Of a stretch of DNA of 60,852 nucleotides, positions 1 to 9,175 are shown piece by piece; within the stretch, counting starts at the first letter, position 1; the number at the start of each line of letters is the position of its first letter. The position numbers and the translations under genes were made by a program. This DNA is from a virus (lineage: Duplodnaviria; Caudoviricetes). The stretch is from positions 1-60,852 of IMG/VR virus record IMGVR_UViG_3300009155_000069. One strand, given 5' to 3'. Under the pieces are notes generated by a model. The model was given only the letters and a program-made list of their open reading frames with translations. It had not been told where the DNA came from and made no database searches.

Positions 1-352
1 GAAGGCGGCGCAAATCCGCAAGCTGTTTGCACAGGGCAAACTCACACCCAAACAGATTGGTGAGAAGACAGGTGCGCCCATGCCCTACGTGTATGTGGTG
101 CGTAGCAAGATGAAAGCAGAGGCGGGTGGCTTACCTGCTGTCGCTGAAACCAAGATGCCAGTTCTCGGCGGTATTCAGGAAGTTGCCAACGAATCGGAGT
201 TGCGCAAGCAAGCCGCCATGCAAGCATCCATCCCTGCACTTCAACCCTCATACCGCTATGGTTCACCTGCGCTTGCACCTGCACACGTAGTGATCGAGAA
301 GCCCACGTTCTTTGAGCGTGTGAAGAATACCGTACGTGCGTGGCTGTCGTGA
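1..352 (+). CDS. C-terminal part of tandem HTH-like protein spanning the circular junction (full ORF 60632..352, 190 aa)
   Basis: Frame from base 2 reads KAAQIRKLFAQGKLTPKQIGEKTGAPMPYVYVVRSKM, a diverged copy of the domain at the window end; in frame with ORF 80..352. Confidence 0.8.
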   Translation, partial: KAAQIRKLFAQGKLTPKQIGEKTGAPMPYVYVVRSKMKAEAGGLPAVAETKMPVLGGIQEVANESELRKQAAMQASIPALQPSYRYGSPALAPAHVVIEKPTFFERVKNTVRAWLS

Positions 353-747
353 CCGATGAAACCCCGACCATTGAGGACATGCAGGGGCAGACGTTTGACA
401 AGGTATATGTGAAAGAAGACAGCGATGGCTTCCGCACCGAGTTGGTCTTTGAGAACGATGAGTTCCGATTCACGTTCTACCACGATGACGACTGCTGTGA
501 GACTGTGTACATAGATGACATCACGGGTGACCTTGATGACTTGGAAGGCAAGCCCCTCGACATTGTTGAGGTGGTGCGCTATGACGACACGATGCCCGAG
601 GGTATGGACTTGGAGGTTCCCTCTGAGTCTTACGTGTGGACGTTCTACAAGTTCGCAACCATCAAGGGATGGGTGGACGTACGGTGGCTAGGCGAGAGCA
701 ATGGCTACTACTCAGAAGAAGTTGACTTTGAAGGAGTGAGGAAATGA
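340..747 (+). CDS. Acidic conserved phage hypothetical protein
   Basis: 135 aa; YHDDDCCETVYIDDITGDLDDL and WLGESNGYYSE motifs, which recur in phage hypotheticals. Confidence 0.75.
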   Translation: MAVVTDETPTIEDMQGQTFDKVYVKEDSDGFRTELVFENDEFRFTFYHDDDCCETVYIDDITGDLDDLEGKPLDIVEVVRYDDTMPEGMDLEVPSESYVWTFYKFATIKGWVDVRWLGESNGYYSEEVDFEGVRK

Positions 748-1082
748 ACGAAACGAAACAACCTAACGGGTGGGACTTGGCTGTCGATGGCATGAACACG
801 GCGGCATCGCATGCTGACCGTGTGGTGCCTGATTGGAGCAAAGAAGCCCTGACGCATTTCAAGATGTACCTGTTGCACTTTGGACACCAACCGTTCATGA
901 CGGAAGATGTTCGCACGTACGCAGAAAACATGGGCATGGAGCCGCCGCCCGATAGACGCGCATGGGGAGCAATCGCTGTTCAAGCGAAGAAGTTGGGGTG
1001 GGTGCGAAGCCTCGGCTACGCGCCGCAGAAATCAACCAACGCACACCGTGCACCGAAGAACTTGTGGGAGCGTGTTGTATGA
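744..1082 (+). CDS. Hypothetical protein (possible winged-helix)
   Basis: GGAG RBS and ATGA overlap with the upstream gene. Confidence 0.7.
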   Translation: MNETKQPNGWDLAVDGMNTAASHADRVVPDWSKEALTHFKMYLLHFGHQPFMTEDVRTYAENMGMEPPPDRRAWGAIAVQAKKLGWVRSLGYAPQKSTNAHRAPKNLWERVV

Positions 1083-1252
1083 GTCCCGAAATCAGAAGGA
1101 TTACCGAAGAACTTGGGGTTGAAGAAACGCTTAACCGCTTGCTTGCGTTTGCACGAACCGCACACGCATGGGAACAAGAGACAGGCGAGAAGCTAAACAC
1201 ACAGCACTACATAGCAGTGGTGTCAGCATTAAACAAAGAGGAGAAGAAATGA
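1079..1252 (+). CDS. Hypothetical protein
   Basis: ATGA-coupled at both ends; internal start MSPEIRR. Confidence 0.6.
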   Translation: MSPEIRRITEELGVEETLNRLLAFARTAHAWEQETGEKLNTQHYIAVVSALNKEEKK

Positions 1253-1512
1253 ACGAGCCACACGTGACATTTGGAATTACGTCACACGAGTTCACTGAAG
1301 TGTTGCGCCTCGACAAAGAAGGCATGCACTACAAGGGTGAGGTTGTGAAGGACGCAGGGGAAGCCCACAAGGTGTTTCTGTCTGTGATGAAGCAGATGGA
1401 AGAAGAATCACGCGATCACCGCAAGCCTTGGCTGTGGTGGGAAGACGTGAAGGTAATGTGCGCTGTGGGTATTTGTATTGGTGTGGCGTGGGGGTCAACA
1501 TGGGCAAGATGA
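1249..1512 (+). CDS. Hypothetical protein with hydrophobic C-terminus
   Basis: GAGGAG RBS, start MNEPHV, ATGA overlap. Confidence 0.65.
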   Translation: MNEPHVTFGITSHEFTEVLRLDKEGMHYKGEVVKDAGEAHKVFLSVMKQMEEESRDHRKPWLWWEDVKVMCAVGICIGVAWGSTWAR

Positions 1513-1664
1513 AAGCACTGTTGATCGACCAGCAGGAAAGTGACGAGCCGCTCACCCAAGAAGAACTTATTGGGTGGTGGCCTTTTACGAGACTTGATCC
1601 AAAGAGGTTTCCAAAACCCGAGCAAGCCGAGCCGCATGATGACTACGAAGAAGCACCCTTCTAA
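1500..1664 (+). CDS. Small hypothetical protein
   Basis: Fills the operon gap; acidic C-terminus ending EEAPF. Confidence 0.55.
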   Translation: MGKMKALLIDQQESDEPLTQEELIGWWPFTRLDPKRFPKPEQAEPHDDYEEAPF

Positions 1665-1704
1665 CGAACTTTTTATTCACTGTGAAACAGACGAGAGGCA
1701 TAAG

Positions 1705-1992
1705 ATGATTGATCCGAAATACACCGAGCAACCCACACCGATGGAGATGCGATTCAACGGCACACGTGCAGACGACTTGCAGATTGGTGGTGACCACTAC
1801 AAGGACATGGGCGTGCAACCGTGGTCTGTGATGGAAGCCGTGCTAACACGTGAGGAGTTCATTGGATTCCTCAAAGGCAACGTCATTAAGTACTCGATGC
1901 GCCAAGGCAAGAAGGGCGAGTTCGATGCGGGTAAGTGCACTCACTACATGCAGAAACTCAAAGAAGTTTTGCGTGATCGCAACGACTGGTGA
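1705..1992 (+). CDS. DUF3310 (SaV-like) protein
   Basis: QIGGDHYKDM..QPW..FLKGNVIKY..R.GKK signature. Confidence 0.85.
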   Translation: MIDPKYTEQPTPMEMRFNGTRADDLQIGGDHYKDMGVQPWSVMEAVLTREEFIGFLKGNVIKYSMRQGKKGEFDAGKCTHYMQKLKEVLRDRNDW

Positions 1993-2005
1993 CCGGAGAG
2001 ATGAC

Positions 2006-2584
2006 ATGGATGACGAAGAATACCAAGCAGACCTATCACGTCTGACACACGAGTTGGAAGATGCGCATGCCCAAGAAGCAGATCGTAAGACTGCCGAGAT
2101 CATGGAGCGACTCGACTTGCAAGCATTGAATTCAGGCATCAACAAGACAGTCAACCCAACATCTTTGGAGGCGGCACACAACATGAAGATCAACATGCAA
2201 GACAGATATTCAACAGGGTGGAATGACCCAAGGATGATGGTCATGGCGCAGTCCAAGCCTAACTACAACATCACGTTTCAGAACACGGTGGATGGGAAGA
2301 ACGTGCAGATTGGCAAGATCGACTTCAACGGTGGCACGATGAAGTTTGAGGGTAACTTTGAGGAGAGTGCGGTCAAGTTCATGGATCACTTAGCGACTAA
2401 CTTCAACGGAAGACTCAAAGCCGAGCATGTCAACGCGGCAAAACTTCTTGTGGAGTTCGTCACGTTTGAGTTGGGTGATGAGATGGAGTTGGATGATGCG
2501 TACCGCAAGGGATTCAACGATGCCATATACGCAGTGCGCGGCATCTTGTCCAAGAAGATCAAAGAGATGGAGAACAAGCCATGA
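2006..2584 (+). CDS. Hypothetical protein
   Basis: GGAG RBS before MDDEEY; ATGA overlap with the next gene. Confidence 0.7.
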   Translation: MDDEEYQADLSRLTHELEDAHAQEADRKTAEIMERLDLQALNSGINKTVNPTSLEAAHNMKINMQDRYSTGWNDPRMMVMAQSKPNYNITFQNTVDGKNVQIGKIDFNGGTMKFEGNFEESAVKFMDHLATNFNGRLKAEHVNAAKLLVEFVTFELGDEMELDDAYRKGFNDAIYAVRGILSKKIKEMENKP

Positions 2585-2838
2585 CGCCTCGGTCATTTGA
2601 CATCGACACTTGCAAAGAAGTTATAGGTGACGCACGTATGCGCGTCATTGAAGCCAAGGCAAGGCAAGATGCGGACAATCAGATCATAGACCCACCACCG
2701 CCACACCACGGTACCTATTGGGACAAGGTAAATTCTTCTATGGAGCTTATTGTGTACATAGCGGCACTTAACAAAAGACTTGAGCGGATCAAACGAATGA
2801 AGGAGAAAGTACGTGAACATCCCACGAGCAATACGTGA
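2581..2838 (+). CDS. Hypothetical protein
   Basis: Translationally coupled ORF. Confidence 0.65.
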   Translation: MTPRSFDIDTCKEVIGDARMRVIEAKARQDADNQIIDPPPPHHGTYWDKVNSSMELIVYIAALNKRLERIKRMKEKVREHPTSNT

Positions 2839-3028
2839 GCAGGTCAAGGAGTACGAGAAGGCAGGTTTCCACGTAACGCAAGTGGAGCCACGTAGCGGAG
2901 CGCACTTCAAGATTTGGTTTGCGGAGTTCCCCGAGCCGCAGATCGTCACCAAGAACGTGCTTGAGTGGCGGTCATTGAAAAACAACATTGCACGTTATCG
3001 CCGACTGGCGAGAGGAGAAACAGAATGA
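2813..3028 (+). CDS. Small basic hypothetical protein (HicA/dsRBD-like shape possible)
   Basis: AAGGAG RBS, GTG start; GFHVT..RSGAHFKI pattern. Confidence 0.6.
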   Translation: MNIPRAIREQVKEYEKAGFHVTQVEPRSGAHFKIWFAEFPEPQIVTKNVLEWRSLKNNIARYRRLARGETE

Positions 3029-3264
3029 CAACCGAAGAAGAAATTAGAGAATACAAATACACAATTGCGAAATTGCAACTTGAGATAAAACAACTTAACG
3101 CTGAATGTGTGGAGATATACGGCTTACTAGGCCATGCACATTTGAACATCAAGCAACACCTTGAGTACGGATTTAACCCATTGACAGCAAAGTCCACGCT
3201 CATATCCGTTGGACGGTATGCCCCAAAACTAAGAGCAGAGATGGAGAAGAAACAGAATGACTAA
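3025..3264 (+). CDS. Hypothetical coiled-coil protein
   Basis: GAGGAG RBS, ATGA overlap. Confidence 0.65.
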   Translation: MTTEEEIREYKYTIAKLQLEIKQLNAECVEIYGLLGHAHLNIKQHLEYGFNPLTAKSTLISVGRYAPKLRAEMEKKQND

Positions 3265-3448
3265 ACGACTGAAAACAAATTTAGACAGGCTTGCCGCTGA
3301 AGCTGGCATAACAGAAGTAACACCGGAGATACGTATGTTTGCGTGGCTTATAAACCAAGACTCACTGCAAGGGTTTTGGGAAGCGGCGCAACACTATGCG
3401 AAGTTTGAACAAGAAAAAGTAGATAGGTACTTGAAGGAAAAGAAATGA
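3257..3448 (+). CDS. Hypothetical protein
   Basis: GGAG RBS; coupled to the polymerase start. Confidence 0.65.
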   Translation: MTKRLKTNLDRLAAEAGITEVTPEIRMFAWLINQDSLQGFWEAAQHYAKFEQEKVDRYLKEKK

Positions 3449-5271
3449 AACTGATTACGATTGACTTTGAGACTTTTTATTCTGCGGACATCGGGTTCGC
3501 AAAGCAGACGACTGAGGAGTACGTACGTGACCCACAGTTCCACGTCATCGGTGTGGCTGTAAAGGTAGACAACGAGGAGACGCAGTGGGCGAGTGGCACA
3601 CACGAAGAACTTGCCACGTGGTTGAACACGTTCGACTGGGCTGGTTCGATTGCGCTTGCACACAACGCCATGTTCGATGGGTTCATCCTGAACGAGCACT
3701 TCAACATCCGTCCGAAGTTTTGGGCTGACACACTGTGCATGGGTCGTGCGATCTGCGGTGTCGAGGTGAGTGGTTCGCTTGCCGCACTTACAGAGCGTTA
3801 TGGGCTGGGAGCCAAGGGCACAGAGGTAAACAACTTTAAGGGTTATCGCCGCACCGACTTCCAAGATTGGGAGTTGTCCAAGTACGGTGACTACTGCATC
3901 AACGATGTGAACCTGACCTATGCGTTGTTCAACAAGATGATGGCTGATGGTTTCCCGAAGAAGGAGATGCACGTCATCAACCAAACAGTTCGCATGTTCA
4001 CAGAACCCGTGCTTGAGTTGGATGCCACACTACTGGTAGAGCACTTATCAGATGTTCAGGGACGCAAGGCAGCGCTGCTGTCTGAAGTGAACATGGACAA
4101 AGAAGATTTGATGAGTAATCAGAAGTTCGCCATGTTCTTGGAAGCCTTGGGTGTACCCGCCCCGAAGAAGATCAGTCCGACTACTGGTAAGGAAACACTG
4201 GCACTTGCCAAGAACGATGAGGAGTTCAAAGCCCTTGCCGAGCATCCCGATGTGAGGGTACAAGCGTTGGTGGCGGCACGGTTGGGTACGAAGTCAACCC
4301 TTGAGGAGACACGTACACAGAGGTTTATCGGTATCGCATCACGTGGCAAGCTCCCCGTACCAATCAAATACTATGCCGCACACACAGGCAGGTTCGGTGG
4401 GGATGACAAGATCAACCTGCAAAACCTACCAAGCCGAGGTGCTAACGCGAACAAGTTGAAGATGTCGATCATTGCACCCAAGGGTTACGAGATCATTGAC
4501 GCTGACTCTGCACAGATTGAAGCACGGGTGTTGGCGTGGTTGTCAGGACAAGATGATTTGGTGAGAGCGTTTGCCAACAAAGAGGACGTGTACAAGAAGA
4601 TGGCATCGGCTATCTACGGCAAGCCCGAGGCTGACATTACAAAGGACGAGCGGTTCGTGGGCAAGACCACAATCCTTGGATGCGGCTACGGCATGGGTGC
4701 GGTCAAGTTCCAAGCACAGTTAAAGACGTTTGGGGTTGAGGTATCACTCGATGAGGCCCGGCGCATCATTGACATCTACCGTAAAACAAATCCTGCTGTG
4801 ACAACTTTATGGAAGCAGGCCCAGAACATGTTGGTCGCCATGTCACGCGCCGAGAACTGTGTGTTGGGTAAGGCAGGTGTGCTGATGGTGGACGCGTGGG
4901 AGAAGGCGGTCAAGTTGCCGAGCGGACTGCTGATGCGGTACAACGACTTGCAGTACGCACAGACCGAGAACGGTGTTGAGTTTTCCTATAAGACGCGCTA
5001 CGGTAGAACACGTATCTACGGAGGCAAGGTCATCGAGAATGTGTGCCAAGCTATTGCACGGTGCATCATTGCGGAGCAGATGCTCAAGATCGGCAAGAAG
5101 TACAAGGTGGTGTTGACAGTGCACGATGCGATTGCTTGCGTTGTACCCGAGGCCGAAGTTGCCGAGGCACAAGCATACGTTGAGGAGTGCATGCGTTGGA
5201 CTCCCGAGTGGGCGGCTGGCTTGCCAGTCAATTGTGAGAGCGGACATGGCAGGGCGTATGGTGATTGCTAA
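3445..5271 (+). CDS. polA: Family A DNA polymerase (3'-5' exonuclease + polymerase)
   Basis: ExoI IDFET, ExoII HNAMFD, ExoIII YCINDV; motif A DSAQIEAR, motif B RFVGKTTILGCGYG, motif C TVHDAI. Confidence 0.95.
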   Translation: MKLITIDFETFYSADIGFAKQTTEEYVRDPQFHVIGVAVKVDNEETQWASGTHEELATWLNTFDWAGSIALAHNAMFDGFILNEHFNIRPKFWADTLCMGRAICGVEVSGSLAALTERYGLGAKGTEVNNFKGYRRTDFQDWELSKYGDYCINDVNLTYALFNKMMADGFPKKEMHVINQTVRMFTEPVLELDATLLVEHLSDVQGRKAALLSEVNMDKEDLMSNQKFAMFLEALGVPAPKKISPTTGKETLALAKNDEEFKALAEHPDVRVQALVAARLGTKSTLEETRTQRFIGIASRGKLPVPIKYYAAHTGRFGGDDKINLQNLPSRGANANKLKMSIIAPKGYEIIDADSAQIEARVLAWLSGQDDLVRAFANKEDVYKKMASAIYGKPEADITKDERFVGKTTILGCGYGMGAVKFQAQLKTFGVEVSLDEARRIIDIYRKTNPAVTTLWKQAQNMLVAMSRAENCVLGKAGVLMVDAWEKAVKLPSGLLMRYNDLQYAQTENGVEFSYKTRYGRTRIYGGKVIENVCQAIARCIIAEQMLKIGKKYKVVLTVHDAIACVVPEAEVAEAQAYVEECMRWTPEWAAGLPVNCESGHGRAYGDC

Positions 5272-5293
5272 AGGATGGAGAAAGAGGCAAATT

Positions 5294-5590
5294 ATGGAGA
5301 AGCAGATGAACAAGCTGATCGGTAAAGACGACACCATAAAGAACTGTATGCCCATCGGAAGTATTGAGTTGAAGTTGGCTGTGGCAAAGGCAGAGGGTTA
5401 TTCAATCCGAGAGGCCAAAACGAGGTATCACCACATTGTTGGTGGCACAGTTGTTACGTCAGTGGACGAAACCAAGCCGACCTATTACTACTACAACGAC
5501 AACATGTTGTTGCCGATGTTTGATCCGTACCGCGTAGCAATGGAGTTCTACCTGAGAGAGAAGCAGATTAAAGGAGAAGCAGATGATTAA
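5294..5590 (+). CDS. Hypothetical protein
   Basis: GAGG RBS; start uncertain (5258 is an alternative). Confidence 0.55.
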   Translation: MEKQMNKLIGKDDTIKNCMPIGSIELKLAVAKAEGYSIREAKTRYHHIVGGTVVTSVDETKPTYYYYNDNMLLPMFDPYRVAMEFYLREKQIKGEADD

Positions 5591-5882
5591 AGAACCTGAA
5601 GACGAAGCGTTTGAAGAACTTGAACGCGCACAACAACGTAATGCGCTGTTGGTTGACAAGGGTTGTGCCGAGCGAGGTTGCATGGGGTATGACGACCGAG
5701 ACGGTGACAAGCCCGTAAAGATGCGGGTGTTTGAAGACGATGACGACATCCAAATCTACAAGAAACCTTGGCGGTCTTTATCCGACGCACAGTATCAACG
5801 CATCCTAAAACAAGTAGAGGGGTGCGGGTACTTGGCGTTCTACAACTTGGTGGACGAAGAATTACGGAAGTTAAACACATGA
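5583..5882 (+). CDS. Hypothetical protein
   Basis: AAGGAG RBS; EDEAFEELER and KKPWRSLSD motifs typical of phage hypotheticals. Confidence 0.7.
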   Translation: MIKEPEDEAFEELERAQQRNALLVDKGCAERGCMGYDDRDGDKPVKMRVFEDDDDIQIYKKPWRSLSDAQYQRILKQVEGCGYLAFYNLVDEELRKLNT

Positions 5883-6058
5883 CTGAACTGATTGACTACG
5901 CCGCACCCATGATGCGTATTGAAACATTGCTTAAAGACATGCACAATCTGTTACTGGATAACAAGTTTGATCAGGCAATCGAGTTATCACCCGTGATAAC
6001 TGCCGAAGCCAAACTGCTTCAGCACACCCTGATCCTGATGAAAGAAAACAGAAGATGA
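5879..6058 (+). CDS. Hypothetical protein
   Basis: ATGA-coupled at both ends; contains a palindrome copy. Confidence 0.65.
   Translation: MTELIDYAAPMMRIETLLKDMHNLLLDNKFDQAIELSPVITAEAKLLQHTLILMKENRR
5983..6000. promoter_or_regulatory. 18-bp palindrome copy GTTATCACCCGTGATAAC
   Basis: Same arms as nine copies at 52.5-60.6 kb. Confidence 0.75.
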
Positions 6059-6714
6059 AATGGTCATACAGTAGCATGAAGCTCTTTGAGCAGTGCCCCC
6101 GAAAGTACTTTCACTTGCGGGTGCTCAAAGACGTTGTGGAACCTGAGAGTGAGGCCATGAACTACGGCACACGTTTCCACGAAGCCGCCGAGTTGTACAT
6201 ACGAGATGGCACCCCGATCCCCGAATACTTCAAGTTTGCCAAGGGCGCACTGGACAGTCTCAAGCAAATCGAAGGCGAGAAGATATGCGAGTTTGAGATG
6301 GGCATCACTGCTGACTTGGAACCCTGCGGCTTCAAGGACGAGCGCGTGTGGTATCGCGGTATCGCCGACCTGCTGATCATCAACCGCGAGAAGGGTGAGG
6401 CACGAGTCATCGACTACAAGACTGGCAAGAGCGCCAAGTACGCCGACCCTGATCAACTAGAACTCATGTCTCTGTGTGTATTCAAACACTTCCCCGAGAT
6501 CAAGAAGGTCAAGGCGGGACTGCTGTTCGTGATTGCCAACGCGTTTCCCAAGGCACAGTTTGACCTGACCGATGAGGTGCGGTGGGATAAATGGAAACAC
6601 AAGCACCACAGATTGCAAGCGGCATACGATAATGACACATGGAACCCGAAGCCGAGCGGCTTGTGCAAGGCGTGGTGTCCTGTGTTAACTTGTTCACACA
6701 ATGGGAGGGCATGA
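6055..6714 (+). CDS. PD-(D/E)XK exonuclease (Cas4/RecB-like, probable Fe-S staple)
   Basis: CPRKY, GTRFH, GIADLL, IDYKTGK and C-terminal CKAWCPVLTC. Confidence 0.9.
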   Translation: MKWSYSSMKLFEQCPRKYFHLRVLKDVVEPESEAMNYGTRFHEAAELYIRDGTPIPEYFKFAKGALDSLKQIEGEKICEFEMGITADLEPCGFKDERVWYRGIADLLIINREKGEARVIDYKTGKSAKYADPDQLELMSLCVFKHFPEIKKVKAGLLFVIANAFPKAQFDLTDEVRWDKWKHKHHRLQAAYDNDTWNPKPSGLCKAWCPVLTCSHNGRA

Positions 6715-7007
6715 TGCCATACACCAAATCACCACGTCCGTACAAACATGAGTACGAGAAACAAAAAGCGCGGGGCGAACTACCTGACCGGATGGAGCGT
6801 CAACGCGCCCGAAGGAAAGTTGATGCCAGTTTCCCCGATCTGAACAAGAACGGGAAGGCCGACAAGCGCGAGGGCAAGGACATTGACCACGTGAAGATGC
6901 TTGCCAAGGGCGGCTCAAACAAAGACGGCATCCGTATAATCACACCCGCCAAGAATCGTGCCCGTAATGGTCACAGCGTGAGAGAAAAGGGTGGGAAAAA
7001 ACCCTAA
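6711..7007 (+). CDS. HNH-like endonuclease
   Basis: KDIDHVKMLAKGGSN..NRARN. Confidence 0.75.
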   Translation: MMPYTKSPRPYKHEYEKQKARGELPDRMERQRARRKVDASFPDLNKNGKADKREGKDIDHVKMLAKGGSNKDGIRIITPAKNRARNGHSVREKGGKKP

Positions 7008-7036
7008 TTGACAGCCCCTGCAAGGGTTGTTATATT
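7008..7036 (+). promoter_or_regulatory. Sigma70-type promoter
   Basis: TTGACA-17-TATATT with extended -10 TG. Confidence 0.8.
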
Positions 7037-7044
7037 GGAATTTC

Positions 7045-7116
7045 GGCATCGGCGGTGTGGTGAGTACACACAGATCGACAAGACTAGGTTGCTTGGTTTG
7101 AATCCAAGACGATGCC
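7045..7116 (+). ncRNA. tRNA-shaped RNA (pseudo-tRNA or tRNA-like leader)
   Basis: 7-bp GGCATCG/CGATGCC closing stem, three internal hairpins, T-arm-like CTTGG-TTTGAAT-CCAAG; lacks a canonical anticodon arm and CCA. Confidence 0.45.
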
Positions 7117-7122
7117 CCTGAG

Positions 7123-7159
7123 ATAGAGCAGATTGCGGACACCGCTTTCTGCCTATTTT
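7123..7159 (+). terminator. Hairpin with short T tract (weak terminator or attenuator)
   Basis: ATAG-A-GCAGA..GCGG-ACA-CCGC..TCTGC-CTAT-TTT. Confidence 0.4.
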
Positions 7160-7186
7160 GCATTTATAACGAGAAGATGAAACGGT

Positions 7187-8725
7187 ATGGAAATCATTGA
7201 AAACAAGGCACTCTTGTTGAAACTGCGCGACCCCGAAAAGGTCACAGCAGTCATACCCAAGAGTCGCGTGATGGGTGAGCACAACGTGTTGGTGCATTGG
7301 GGTTTGGACGAGGCGCAAGTCTTGAAGAACCTGAAGATCAAAAATGTTCCTTCACCAATCCTACGTAGCTACGCGTGGCCCGGGTTGTACAAGCCATTCG
7401 ATCACCAGAAAACAACTTCTGCGTTCCTCACTTTAAACAAACGGGCCTTCTGCCTCAATGAGCAGGGCACTGGCAAAACTGGCTCAGTCATTTGGGCGGC
7501 TGACTACCTGATGAAGCAGGGGCGCATCAAGCGCGTACTGGTCATCTGCCCCCTATCAATCATGGACTCTGCGTGGAGGGCTGACCTGTTCAAGTTCGCC
7601 ATGCACCGCTCCGTAGACATCGCACACGGCTCCGCTGAGAAACGCCGAGCAGTCATTGAATCCCAAGCTGAGTTTGTCATCATCAACTTCGATGGTGTCG
7701 AGGTGGTGGCTGATGCCATCGACAAGGGTGGGTTCGACCTGATTGTGGTGGACGAGGCGAACGCTTACAAGAACGCCCAAACAAATCGTTGGAAGGTGCT
7801 CAACGGTTTGGTCAAGCCCGATACATGGTTGTGGATGCTGACTGGCACCCCTGCCGCTCAATCCCCTGTGGACGCATACGGTCTTGCCAAACTTGTCAAC
7901 CCCCTCGGTGTGCCCAAATTCTTTGGATCATTCAAAGACATGGTGATGTACAAGGTCACGCAGTTCAAGTGGGTACCCAAGCCAAGCGCACTGGAGACGG
8001 TGTTCAACGCCCTGCAACCTGCAATCCGTTTCACCAAGGACGAGTGCCTTGACCTACCTGAGATGACGTACGTCAACCGCGAGGTGGTGCTGACCAAGCA
8101 ACAGCAGAAGTTCTACAACCTGATGAAGAACCGCATGGTCATGGAAGCCGCAGGGGAGGAGATCACCGCAGTCAACGCCGCCGTGAACCTGTCCAAACTC
8201 TTACAAATCAGTTGTGGCGCGGTGTATTCGGACACCAAGGAGGTGGTGGAGTTCGACATCAAGAACCGCTACGCCGTGCTCAAAGAAGTTATTGACGAGG
8301 CCAACCAAAAGGTGCTGGTGTTTGTGCCGTTCAAGCATGCCATTGACCTGATTACCGCCAAGCTACGCGAGGACGGGATCACCTGTGAAGTCATCCGTGG
8401 AGATGTGTCTGCCGTCAGACGCACCGAGATTTTCAAGCAGTTCCAAGAGACACCGGAACCTCGGGTTCTTGTGATTCAGCCGCAATCTGCCGCCCACGGC
8501 GTGACGCTCACAGCCGCCGACACGGTGGTGTGGTGGGGGCCGACATCCTCGCTGGAAACCTACGCCCAAGCAAACGCACGTGTACATCGTGCTGGGCAAC
8601 GCCATCCATCGGTTGTGATCCGCCTGATGGGGTCTAACGCAGAAAAACATGTTTACACAATGTTAGACACTAAAAACGACGTTCACACACAAATTGTTGA
8701 TCTTTACAAACAATTGCTTGACTAA
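7187..8725 (+). CDS. SNF2-family (SF2) helicase
   Basis: EQGTGKT, VVDEAN, LTGTP, HGVTLT, QANARVHRAGQ. Confidence 0.93.
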   Translation: MEIIENKALLLKLRDPEKVTAVIPKSRVMGEHNVLVHWGLDEAQVLKNLKIKNVPSPILRSYAWPGLYKPFDHQKTTSAFLTLNKRAFCLNEQGTGKTGSVIWAADYLMKQGRIKRVLVICPLSIMDSAWRADLFKFAMHRSVDIAHGSAEKRRAVIESQAEFVIINFDGVEVVADAIDKGGFDLIVVDEANAYKNAQTNRWKVLNGLVKPDTWLWMLTGTPAAQSPVDAYGLAKLVNPLGVPKFFGSFKDMVMYKVTQFKWVPKPSALETVFNALQPAIRFTKDECLDLPEMTYVNREVVLTKQQQKFYNLMKNRMVMEAAGEEITAVNAAVNLSKLLQISCGAVYSDTKEVVEFDIKNRYAVLKEVIDEANQKVLVFVPFKHAIDLITAKLREDGITCEVIRGDVSAVRRTEIFKQFQETPEPRVLVIQPQSAAHGVTLTAADTVVWWGPTSSLETYAQANARVHRAGQRHPSVVIRLMGSNAEKHVYTMLDTKNDVHTQIVDLYKQLLD

Positions 8726-8745
8726 CATAAAAATTGAGATATACT
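8718..8745 (+). promoter_or_regulatory. Sigma70-type promoter
   Basis: TTGACT-16-TATACT upstream of the GGAG RBS of 8777. Confidence 0.7.
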
Positions 8746-8776
8746 GAGAGTTCCTACAACCAACCGGAGAGATGAA

Positions 8777-9175
8777 ATGACAGAGGAAACTGCAATTACC
8801 CCTATACCCGCTGAGAAGCTGGTGCGGGTTTATTTGAAAATGAAGACCGCCAAAGTTGACCTTGAAGCGCAAGTCAAAAAAATCGACACGCAGATGGATC
8901 AGGTGAAGGCGGCTTTGCTTGCATACTGTAAGGATCAGAACATTGAGAGTGTTCGCACTACCGAGGGACTGTTCTACCGCAGTATCAAGAAGCGGTACAC
9001 CACGAACAATTGGGAAGCGATGGGCAAATTCGTCCTTGAGCACCAAGTGCCCGAGTTGTACGAGAAGCGGCTCCACCAAGGCAACATCCAACAGTTTCTT
9101 GAGGAGCATCCCGACTTACTGCCGCCCGGACTCAACGTGGACAGTGAGTACACCATAACTGTGAGGAAAGAATGA
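8777..9175 (+). CDS. Conserved phage replication-module protein (coiled-coil N-terminus)
   Basis: 132 aa, RBS present, C-terminal PPGL..ITVRK pattern. Confidence 0.75.
   Translation: MTEETAITPIPAEKLVRVYLKMKTAKVDLEAQVKKIDTQMDQVKAALLAYCKDQNIESVRTTEGLFYRSIKKRYTTNNWEAMGKFVLEHQVPELYEKRLHQGNIQQFLEEHPDLLPPGLNVDSEYTITVRKE

Noticed and set aside
1-150. Terminal direct repeat or assembly overlap with 60695..60852
   Set aside because: The copies differ at many synonymous and some non-synonymous positions and join in frame; better explained as an intragenic domain duplication.
3445-5271. Modified-base system (DpoZ/PurZ or similar)
   Set aside because: No purZ, dATPase, queuosine-pathway or thymidylate-modifying genes were recognised.
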